Below are positions 9,304 to 17,359 of a DNA stretch of 35,810 nucleotides, in pieces. The notes below the pieces were generated by a model, which worked only from the letters and a program-made list of their open reading frames with translations, did not search any database and was not told the DNA's origin. Within the stretch, counting starts at the first letter, position 1. Each line of letters starts with the position of its first letter. A program made the position numbers and the translations under genes. The stretch lies in sequence record SRR20825010_4798; one strand, written 5' to 3'.

Positions 9304-11697
9304 ATGGCAAAGATCAAGCACAATAATTTTTTGGACACCGTCAACGAGGTGATTACCGATGCAGCCAAACAGGGTGTTCTACACTTGTATGCGGAAGGGG
9401 AGGAGTTTACAGGAAGGACCATTGGGGTCGGGGGAAATACGCTCTACCATTTTGGTACCACAGGATATTTGGGACTGGAACAGGACCCCAGATTAAAGGC
9501 GGCCGCAGTCGGTGCCATCCAAAAGTACGGTACCCAGTTTCCCCTGTCCAAATCCTATATTTCCCATCCGTTGTACAGCGCTCTGGAAGAAAAAATTGGG
9601 CAAATGTACGGGCAGCCCATCATTATCACCAAGAACAGTACCCTGGGGCATCTGGGTGCCATACCCAGTGCCGTGGACGATAGGGATGCCGTTATACTGG
9701 ACCATCAGGTGCACTGGAGCGTTCAGAATGCCTGCAAGCTGCTAAAGAACCGAAGTATCCCAGTGGACATGGTCCGCCACAACCATTTGGACATGCTGGA
9801 GGACAAAATAAAATACCATTCCCGAAAGCGGAACCGTATCTGGTACATGGCGGACGGCATATACTCCATGTACGGGGACAGTGCACCGCTGCACCAACTG
9901 ATTGCCCTATCGGAAAAGTATTCCCAATTGCATTTCTATATCGATGACGTGCACGGCATGAGCTGGGCAGGGAGACATGGTACTGGTTTTGTCATGGACC
10001 AGCTAAAGGAGCTTCCGGACAACATACTCCTTTTTGGGACCTTGAGCAAGACTTTTGGGGCAAGCGGGGCGGTACTGGTATGTCCGGATAAAAAAATGCA
10101 CCATAGAATAAGGACCTTTGGAGGGCCCCTGACCTTTTCGGCCCAACTGGAACCGGCATCCGTCGCAGCGGCCTCGGCCTCGGCGGACATCCATCTTTCC
10201 CCGGAGATCTACAGCCTCCAGGACGAACTCAAGGAACGTATCCAATATTTCAACGGCCTGCTGTCCAAAACGGATCTGCCCTTGGTGGATAAGAACATTT
10301 CCCCTGTGTTCTATATTGGTACCGGGATGCCCAAAACAGGTTACAATTTTGTAAACCGATTGATGGAGGAGGGATTCTATGTCAATCTGGGATTGTTCCC
10401 GGCCGTGCCTGTAAAGAACACTGGCGTACGCATCACTATATCCAGACATAACCAAAAGGAGGAGATAGCTGCCCTGGTGGAGGCCATGGCCCATCATTAT
10501 CCAAAGGCCCTTCAGGAGACCGGAACCGACCCGGGCAGGGTACACCATGCCTTTGCCATGGCCGTCCCTAAAACAGGGGCAAAAGTTGTACCTGGTGATC
10601 TCGATATCCGATTGGAAAATTCCATAAACATGGTAGAGAAGGAGATGTGGAACAATTTAATGGGGGCACATGGGGCCATGGACTGGGACGGACTCTTGTT
10701 TTTGGAGAACAGTTTTCAGGGGAACAATCTCAAGGAACACAACTGGGAGTTTCGATATCTGATCATACGCGACGGCAAAGGGAAGCCGATATTGGCCACG
10801 TTCATGACCCTAGGACTGTGGAAGGACGATATGTTGGCCAAGGAAAGTATATCAAAAACCTTGGAACAGACCAGAAAGTACGATCCCTATCATTTGACTT
10901 CCAGGGCACTCTCCCTAGGTTCCCTTTTTACAGAGGGAAATCACCTGTACCTGGACCGGAAGCATCCATTGAAGGATAGGGCCCTGAGCATACTGATGTG
11001 GACCCTGGAAACCTTGGGACATAAAATGGGGGCCAAAATGACCGTCCTCCGGGATTTTGGGCCGGATGAAGAATTGGGGAAATTTTTTAAAGATCAGGGA
11101 TTTGTACGCATCCAAATGCCTAATTCCTGTGCCGTGCACCTTACAGGTCGTATGGATGTCGAAACCTATTTCTCCCAGCTTTCCGTCCGTAACCGTCGTC
11201 ACTTCCGAAAGGAGATCTTGGCTTTTGAACCGGAATTCCAGGTAGACATCCTGGCATCATGCCACAGGGAACAATTGCAACAGCTTATAGCTCTGTACGG
11301 CAATGTACATAGGAACAATCTTGGCCTGAATACCTTTTCCTTTCCGCAGCGGGTGTTCGAGGCCATGTCCGACAATCCCCATTGGGAGTTCATCATACTC
11401 ACTTTAAAGAGCAGCCCACAAACGCCCATAGGGGCAATGTTCTGCTATAAAAACCAGAACAAAACCTACGTTCCGGCCTTCGTAGGACTGGATTACACCT
11501 ATGTAACGAGCCATTATACCTATCGCCAATTATTGTACCAGACCATCAAAAGGGCCATCGCCCTAGGCTTTTACGGTATCGATTTTGGGCTTACCGCTTC
11601 CTTTGAAAAACGCAAGCTGGGAGCCGAAGTCAGCGAACGGTATGCTTATGTACAGGCTTCCGACAACTATGTACTGGAACTTTTGGGCACCATGTAA
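9304..11697 (+). CDS. Fusion of PLP-dependent alpha-oxoamine synthase (BioF/Kbl/CqsA fold) and C-terminal GNAT/FemAB-like domain
   Basis: GYLGL, DGIYSMYGD, DDVHG, GTLSKTFG (PLP lysine) and RITIS motifs in the first ~420 aa. The C-terminal part has GNAT-like features (IDFGLTASFEKRKLGA). Start taken at MAKIKHNN. Confidence 0.88.
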   Translation: MAKIKHNNFLDTVNEVITDAAKQGVLHLYAEGEEFTGRTIGVGGNTLYHFGTTGYLGLEQDPRLKAAAVGAIQKYGTQFPLSKSYISHPLYSALEEKIGQMYGQPIIITKNSTLGHLGAIPSAVDDRDAVILDHQVHWSVQNACKLLKNRSIPVDMVRHNHLDMLEDKIKYHSRKRNRIWYMADGIYSMYGDSAPLHQLIALSEKYSQLHFYIDDVHGMSWAGRHGTGFVMDQLKELPDNILLFGTLSKTFGASGAVLVCPDKKMHHRIRTFGGPLTFSAQLEPASVAAASASADIHLSPEIYSLQDELKERIQYFNGLLSKTDLPLVDKNISPVFYIGTGMPKTGYNFVNRLMEEGFYVNLGLFPAVPVKNTGVRITISRHNQKEEIAALVEAMAHHYPKALQETGTDPGRVHHAFAMAVPKTGAKVVPGDLDIRLENSINMVEKEMWNNLMGAHGAMDWDGLLFLENSFQGNNLKEHNWEFRYLIIRDGKGKPILATFMTLGLWKDDMLAKESISKTLEQTRKYDPYHLTSRALSLGSLFTEGNHLYLDRKHPLKDRALSILMWTLETLGHKMGAKMTVLRDFGPDEELGKFFKDQGFVRIQMPNSCAVHLTGRMDVETYFSQLSVRNRRHFRKEILAFEPEFQVDILASCHREQLQQLIALYGNVHRNNLGLNTFSFPQRVFEAMSDNPHWEFIILTLKSSPQTPIGAMFCYKNQNKTYVPAFVGLDYTYVTSHYTYRQLLYQTIKRAIALGFYGIDFGLTASFEKRKLGAEVSERYAYVQASDNYVLELLGTM

Positions 11698-11720
11698 CAT
11701 GAGGAATAAACCCAAAGGGG

Positions 11721-12560
11721 ATGAAGTATCAAAGACTGGTATCGGAATTCAAGACGCAACTGGACAAGCTGGAGAACGGAAACGGCGACATCCTTTTTAG
11801 GGCGGAGTCGGGCATCACCATGGTAGAACGCTACATAAAACGGCTGCAGGCCCAAATTGATAAGAAGTCCTTTGATTCCCAAGTGGAGGAAATCAATTTT
11901 TTTAAGCATATCAAACCCCAGTTCTTTAGTAAACTTATCTATTATGGCAGGTTGTTCAACATCGAGAGCAGAAGGCCTCGGGGGAGTAATGCCGCACAGG
12001 TGAAATACTTAAAGAACCAGATCGAAAAGTTACAGATCTTCTTTAACGACAACCTGGAATTCTATAACTATTACCGTCGTGGGGCCATTTCCTTGGACGA
12101 ACAGTATTTCGTACGGGGCAATATGGACCTGCGGCTGCCCTTGGAATCCTTTCATTTTATGATCGACGACAGGTTCTCCACCTGTCAGGACGGTACGGTG
12201 GCGACCATAATGGCCTATGACATGCTTATCGTATACCTTCAAAGGGAGATCGATACCTTGACGAGCAACATGGACGACTTAAAAGATAAACCTATGGAAC
12301 GACCTTCAAAACTATTTTGGACCGGTAGCAAGACGGATCTGATCGAACTCCTCTATGCCCTCCACTCCATTAAATGTATAAACAGTGGGACCGCGGACAT
12401 AAAGGAGCTGGCGGCCCATTTCGAACATTTCTACAATGTGGACCTTGGCAACTACTACCATACCTTTATCGAGATCAGGTCCAGGAAGACCGGTAGGACC
12501 AAGTTTCTGGACAGGCTCATCGAGATGCTGCAACAAAGGATGGAGGGTCTGGACGACTGA
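11721..12560 (+). CDS. rteC: RteC domain transcriptional activator of ICE excision/transfer
   Basis: C-terminal WTGSKTDLIELLYAL...YHTFIEIRSRK...TKFLDRL and N-terminal EEINFFKHIKP. Lies upstream of an excisionase-like operon. Confidence 0.93.
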   Translation: MKYQRLVSEFKTQLDKLENGNGDILFRAESGITMVERYIKRLQAQIDKKSFDSQVEEINFFKHIKPQFFSKLIYYGRLFNIESRRPRGSNAAQVKYLKNQIEKLQIFFNDNLEFYNYYRRGAISLDEQYFVRGNMDLRLPLESFHFMIDDRFSTCQDGTVATIMAYDMLIVYLQREIDTLTSNMDDLKDKPMERPSKLFWTGSKTDLIELLYALHSIKCINSGTADIKELAAHFEHFYNVDLGNYYHTFIEIRSRKTGRTKFLDRLIEMLQQRMEGLDD

Positions 12561-12564
12561 CCCA

Positions 12565-12607
12565 AAATCCCCCACCTTGGGATAGAGGTGGGGGATTTCC
12601 ATTTTTT
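12565..12607 (+). terminator. Hairpin after rteC (terminator or operator)
   Basis: Perfect 13-bp inverted repeat AAATCCCCCACCT-N8-AGGTGGGGGATTT followed by CCATTTTTT. Confidence 0.65.
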
Positions 12608-12846
12608 ACCCTTCAACATAAAATTTGGATGCTTTTTAAGTTGGACGGTGAGGTATTGATACGGCAAATCACTACAAATGCCCCTAAAAAATAGTTCCAA
12701 AAAAATATCTCCCACCTCTATCATAGCTATGGAATTTTAACCAAAATGCCACTGCAATTTTGTAGGACGAAAATCAAATCCGGTCAGGGGCCGTCAAATT
12801 AGTTGACAGCAATGCGATGGCCCCTTTCCTTAAAAACCGTTCTACA

Positions 12847-13134
12847 ATGTCAGCAACAATCATTACAACAGAAGATTTAAAGGAATTCAAATTGGAACTT
12901 CTCGAAGAGATCCGGGAAATGTTCAACGAAAATCGGGCCATGGTCATGAAAAAGGAGTGGCTCAAAAGCACCCAGGTCATGGATATGCTCAATATCAGCC
13001 CAGGGACCTTACAGAAATTCAGGCACAACGGCACCCTGGCCTATACCAAAATAGGAGGGCTCATTTTTTATGAGGCCGGACAGATCGAAAAGATGCTATC
13101 GGACAACCTGGTCAATAACGAAAAACTCAAATAA
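12847..13134 (+). CDS. HTH_17/MerR-like excisionase-type DNA-binding protein
   Basis: MSATIITTEDLKEFKLELLEEI start and WLKSTQVMDMLNISPGTLQKFRHNGTLAYTKIGG. Follows rteC. Confidence 0.9.
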   Translation: MSATIITTEDLKEFKLELLEEIREMFNENRAMVMKKEWLKSTQVMDMLNISPGTLQKFRHNGTLAYTKIGGLIFYEAGQIEKMLSDNLVNNEKLK

Positions 13135-13808
13135 TGAACTATATAAAGCACCTAAATGGGGTTTTTGAGCAATTTTCAAAAGATTCGAGGCTCAATCCCT
13201 CACATGTAAGCCTATATATGGCCCTGTTCCAATGTTGGAACCAGAACAGGTTTCCCGAGAGTTTTCAAGTGGACAGGGAAGAGACCATGTCCCTTGCCAA
13301 AATAGGGTCCAGGACCACCTACCACCGATGCTTGACCAATTTGAGCGATTGGCACTACATCGCCTATCTGCCCTCCCATAGCCGGTTCCAAGGAAGCCGA
13401 ATCATGATGCCCATTTTTGGGACAACTGCTGGACAACCCCTGGACCACCCTGAAACTAGCGGTGGACCAGCGGTGGTATCATATACAAACATTAACAAAC
13501 ATAATAAAACATTAAATAAACACTCTAGAGAGTGCCGCCCAAAAAATGAACATGATGTTATTGAATTTTTTAAAATGAACAAGTGGCCGCTTACCGAGGG
13601 TGCCAAATTCTACAACCACTACCAGGGAGTGGGATGGAAGGTAGGCGGAAAATCCATGATAGAGGACTGGATGGCCATGGCCAAAAATTGGATGCTACGG
13701 GCCAAGGAACTGAAAAAGGTCGGTGCTTTTGGCGGTAGGTCCAACAAAAAGTTGAGTGCAGATTATCTGGATATCCAAACAAATAAAAACTATGGGGAAC
13801 CTTTGTAA
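13134..13808 (+). CDS. Winged-helix protein resembling a replication initiator/replisome organiser
   Basis: N-terminal LNPSHVSLYMALF..WN plus an HTH, a linker, and C-terminal FYNHYQGVGWK...DWMAMAKNW. Coupled to xis by a TAATG overlap. Confidence 0.65.
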   Translation: MNYIKHLNGVFEQFSKDSRLNPSHVSLYMALFQCWNQNRFPESFQVDREETMSLAKIGSRTTYHRCLTNLSDWHYIAYLPSHSRFQGSRIMMPIFGTTAGQPLDHPETSGGPAVVSYTNINKHNKTLNKHSRECRPKNEHDVIEFFKMNKWPLTEGAKFYNHYQGVGWKVGGKSMIEDWMAMAKNWMLRAKELKKVGAFGGRSNKKLSADYLDIQTNKNYGEPL

Positions 13809-13812
13809 TGAT

Positions 13813-14475
13813 ATGGCCGATCCACGCCCACATATCCTTGTTGTAGGGGGCACCGAATATTACCTGGGCAGTTTTGACGGCAAGCGCATCGAATACGACT
13901 TCTCCAAGGTGCTCGCCTATCTGGATGCCAAGGGCAGGTCCCTGTTCGGGGAAAGTTTTAAGATCCGGGATGGGGACAAGGGCACTTTTCTAAAGCTCTG
14001 CAGTTATATGGTCAAGGATATCGAGAGTTGCCGGAAAATGGAAATGGATACGGGCAAAGGTATTTTGTTGACCGGGCCGGTGGGATGTGGCAAGACGAGC
14101 ATGATGAGGCTGGTACGCCACCTTGTCCCCCATAAAAGAAACTACGAAATTATTCCTTCCCGCAACATCACCTTTGCCTTCAACCATATCGGGTATAAGA
14201 TCATCGAGGATTATGGGAACGGCCGATTTTACTGTTTTGACGATCTGGGGGTAGAACCCATGGGCAGGTACTTTGGGGACGATTGCAATGTTATGGGCGA
14301 GGTGCTGGTCTCCAGGCACGAACTGTTCCAACGGACGAAGATCCCTACCCATATCACCACGAACCTGAATGCCGAAGAATTGGAGGAGCGCTACGGCAAA
14401 CGTGTCCGAAGCCGCATGCGCCAAATGTTCAATCTGATCTCATTTGCCAAGGACACCGAAGACAAACGAATCTAA
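13813..14475 (+). CDS. DnaC/IstB-like P-loop ATPase
   Basis: Walker A GPVGCGKT, Walker B FDDLG and HITTNL...ERYGKRVRSRM. Start taken at the ATG at 13813. Confidence 0.85.
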   Translation: MADPRPHILVVGGTEYYLGSFDGKRIEYDFSKVLAYLDAKGRSLFGESFKIRDGDKGTFLKLCSYMVKDIESCRKMEMDTGKGILLTGPVGCGKTSMMRLVRHLVPHKRNYEIIPSRNITFAFNHIGYKIIEDYGNGRFYCFDDLGVEPMGRYFGDDCNVMGEVLVSRHELFQRTKIPTHITTNLNAEELEERYGKRVRSRMRQMFNLISFAKDTEDKRI

Positions 14476-14574
14476 AACTAAAAATATGAAATGAGCCAAT
14501 ACCACACTTGAAACCAAGGAGATGTGTAAAGACGAATTACATATGACATATTAGAAACAATAAAATTTAGACAT

Positions 14575-15687
14575 ATGAAAATAGCCAGCTTGAACATCGA
14601 AAATATATATCACCGGGACAAGGGCCTTGTACGGCCCAAGTTGAACAAATGTGTTTCCGATTGGGTATCGGAGCTCGATAGCCTAATGAACAGAATCCAA
14701 AAAAATGCAAATGATATGGATCGGATCAGGGAACTCACTTTCTTATTGGGATTTGAAAAAACGGACCATCGCCCTTTCGGGGTCCTGCGAAAAAGGCAGG
14801 GGGAACTCTTTCTGAAACAGAACGGATCCGCCCATGAGGCCAAGGCCTCACGGCTTACCGATTGGAACGGATGGGTGGCCCTGCAGACGGTGGCCGTTCC
14901 CTATAGTTCCACCCTCAACAAGGCCAGGCTCATTGCAGCTACGGATGCGGATGTGCTCGTCCTCCAGGAAGTGGAGGATAGGGCCTCCCTGATGGATTTT
15001 AACCGTGGACTTTTAAGGGAATTTGATATGGAGCCCTACGAACAGGTGATGCATTTGGAGGATAACGATGGCCGTGGCCGGGGAATGGCGATAATGGCGA
15101 AGAACGGTTACCGGCTGGACACACTAAAAAGCCATGGCCTGGAACTGGCAGATGGGCAGGATCCTATTTTTGAGGTGGACTGTCAGGAATATGCCGTTTT
15201 GACTCCTGAAGGCCGATCTGTTCATATTCTTTCGGTACAGTTTTCTTTGGACAAGGATACCCATAGAAAGCTTCAGGCCAGAAAGGTGGCCGATATCTAT
15301 CATAAAATGAAGGATTCCGGAAAGGAATTGGTCCTGGTATGCGGGACCTTGAACGATGTAGCCTATAGCGATTTCCTGTCCCCATTACTTAGGGGGACCG
15401 ATCTTGAGGATGTCTCCAGGCAACCTGAATGTATTGTAGAAAGGGACCTGGGCAAAGGTGCAGGATATTTTAGATTAGGAGCCTACGGTATGGGGGTGAA
15501 TATCAGGCAAAAGGATTATATGTTGATTTCCCCGGAAATGAAGGGGAAGCTTGCCTCCTGCGGTATTGATCGCAAAGGGATGTGGCCCGAAGGGAAAACC
15601 CGATGGCCCACTTACCCGAACCTAAAGAACAGGACCCATGCGGCAAGTTCACATCCCTTGATCTGGGGGGAGTTCAAGGATATATGA
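14575..15687 (+). CDS. Endonuclease/exonuclease/phosphatase (EEP) fold protein with degenerate motifs
   Basis: MKIASLNIEN, ADVLVLQEVE, VCGTLND, KDYMLIS and ASSHPLI occupy the EEP motif positions. Confidence 0.8.
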   Translation: MKIASLNIENIYHRDKGLVRPKLNKCVSDWVSELDSLMNRIQKNANDMDRIRELTFLLGFEKTDHRPFGVLRKRQGELFLKQNGSAHEAKASRLTDWNGWVALQTVAVPYSSTLNKARLIAATDADVLVLQEVEDRASLMDFNRGLLREFDMEPYEQVMHLEDNDGRGRGMAIMAKNGYRLDTLKSHGLELADGQDPIFEVDCQEYAVLTPEGRSVHILSVQFSLDKDTHRKLQARKVADIYHKMKDSGKELVLVCGTLNDVAYSDFLSPLLRGTDLEDVSRQPECIVERDLGKGAGYFRLGAYGMGVNIRQKDYMLISPEMKGKLASCGIDRKGMWPEGKTRWPTYPNLKNRTHAASSHPLIWGEFKDI

Positions 15688-15739
15688 CAGGAATGGGATG
15701 AAGGGTTTTTCAATGGAAGGTTACAGTATGCAGTTTATG

Positions 15740-16185
15740 GGGTACGGCCACACCACCTCGGCACATTGCCGCTACATTCCATTTCGGGCAATAAGCCTCG
15801 GGGGGGTCTTGGACTTGAGCAAGGGTTTCCTGGTCTTGCCTTGGGCATCCTCCACTTCCCGACCATAAAACCCTTGCTCAAGTCCGCCTGGCCAACGGCC
15901 TAGTTAGATGGTCGTGGTCTGTGAACGCATATATCGGTTTTGGTTGTACAAGGTTTGACCAGAGTGCCATCGATTCATTTTGTGCCGTTCCTTGGAAGTT
16001 GGAATTCTTCCAAGATTCGTTTTCGATCTATGGCCATACTGGCACTCGGACCTTTTTTGGATAGCGAAATAACAACATTCCCCCTTGTCCGACGGCATAA
16101 ACCAGTCACGCCCATGGCGCGATCTTTTTTATACGTCTTTCCAAGTTCGAATGTTGTGTTGGGTTTTGCATCAAAAAAGGTAACG
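15740..16185. promoter_or_regulatory. Highly structured non-coding region upstream of ssb
   Basis: Perfect 18-bp inverted repeat 15811-15828/15868-15885. Further stems at 15962-15969/16040-16047, 15991-15998/16007-16014, 16050-16059/16172-16181 and 16073-16080/16149-16156. Confidence 0.6.
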
Positions 16186-16222
16186 TGAGAGCTCTATGGG
16201 AAGTAGATCAAAAAAAAGAACT

Positions 16223-16381
16223 ATGAAATCGAATCCAGATCCTAAAAAAGGAACCGCACAAAACAATCAAAAAGGCCTGCCTGCCGCAGGCAAGGAAAAC
16301 GTTCGAGATATAATAAGTAGATCATTTAAATCCATTATTAACCGTCCACTGGGAGGTGGACAAAATATTTTTCAATTATGA
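16223..16381 (+). CDS. Small basic hypothetical protein translationally coupled to ssb
   Basis: 52 codons with an A-rich leader before the ATG at 16223. Its stop overlaps the ssb start (ATGA). Confidence 0.5.
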   Translation: MKSNPDPKKGTAQNNQKGLPAAGKENVRDIISRSFKSIINRPLGGGQNIFQL

Positions 16382-16716
16382 GCAAATTCAGAAACCATGT
16401 ACAGTTGATCGGGAACATTGGGGAGGACCCCAAGATTACCAATCTGGACAGTGGCAAAAAGGTGGCCAGATTTCAGATGGCTACCAATGAGCGCTACAAA
16501 AATGCCAAAGGGGAGACCGTCCAAAATACGGACTGGCATACCATTGTGGCCTGGGGCAGGACCGCGGAGATCGTGGAGCAGTTCGGGGCCAAGGGCAGGG
16601 AAGTGGGAATTACCGGAAAATTGAAGTCACGCCACTTTGAAACGAAGGAGGGTACTATGCGATATGTAACGGAAGTGGTGGCCAATGAGATCCTGTTGCT
16701 GGGAAGCAGGTCTTAA
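16378..16716 (+). CDS. ssb: Single-stranded DNA-binding protein (OB fold only)
   Basis: NHVQLIGNIGEDP, TDWHTIVAWG and GKLKSR...YVTEVVA motifs. Confidence 0.95.
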   Translation: MSKFRNHVQLIGNIGEDPKITNLDSGKKVARFQMATNERYKNAKGETVQNTDWHTIVAWGRTAEIVEQFGAKGREVGITGKLKSRHFETKEGTMRYVTEVVANEILLLGSRS

Positions 16717-16746
16717 TGGGAGGTCTTATCAAATGCCAGAAAAACA

Positions 16747-16778
16747 AAGAGGGCGTTCCCGAAATTCAACGCCCTCTT
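16747..16778. repeat. 11-bp inverted repeat between ssb and the next gene
   Basis: AAGAGGGCGTT-N10-AACGCCCTCTT. Confidence 0.7.
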
Positions 16779-16804
16779 ATTGATTAATACTAACTCAAAC
16801 TCAT

Positions 16805-17185
16805 ATGAACTTCAAAACTAGAGAAATTAAGGAACGGATACAACATTTTAACGGTTCGTTAGTACTTTATCAAATTCCACTTATCCGCACAAAATTTACA
16901 GAGGGCATAAGATACCTTGCCCAAGCCGGAGAATGCTTTTGGTTGGTTACGGACACCTCTGTTATCGCCAAAAGCCTCATGGACAAAAGTCGATTCATTA
17001 CCATCGATTTTAGAAAACTCAACGAGGAGGAAAAGGACATTATGGGATATGCGGCCAAAATTGATTACAGTGATGGTAATGGGCATATTTTTGAGACCCA
17101 AAAATATCATTTGACGGATTTTCCGTTGGACGAACTCAGATTGTTCTTTGTGGAAGATACCCTGATGCTTCCCAGTGAATATTGA
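16805..17185 (+). CDS. DUF6876-like protein
   Basis: FTEGIRYLA...CFWL, DGNG, TDFPL and terminal LMLPSEY. Confidence 0.75.
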   Translation: MNFKTREIKERIQHFNGSLVLYQIPLIRTKFTEGIRYLAQAGECFWLVTDTSVIAKSLMDKSRFITIDFRKLNEEEKDIMGYAAKIDYSDGNGHIFETQKYHLTDFPLDELRLFFVEDTLMLPSEY

Positions 17186-17196
17186 ATTGTATAATG

Positions 17197-17228
17197 GGCG
17201 TCCCCGATCCTGGGGCCGCCTTTTTTTT
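17197..17228 (+). terminator. Intrinsic terminator
   Basis: GGCGTCCCC-GATCCT-GGGGCCGCC stem with one mismatch, followed by T8. Confidence 0.8.
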
Positions 17229-17359
17229 AACGATTGCTTTTCACTATCCTCACCCTTTTTCCAAATCCTTTGGAAATTCCTCAAAATTGGACTTTAAAAT
17301 CTCTTAAAATTTTCCATTCCATGCCGGGTTGTGGCCAAGCGGACTACATTGGGCATAGA

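Noticed and set aside
9304-11697. Calling the gene bioF, kbl or spt
   Set aside because: Substrate motifs diverge, there is an extra GNAT-like domain, and no pathway genes are nearby, so only the fold is supported.
15904-16188. Short ORFs at 15904-16098 (minus) and 15940-16188 (plus)
   Set aside because: They have non-ATG starts and no motifs, and lie in a region better explained by secondary structure.
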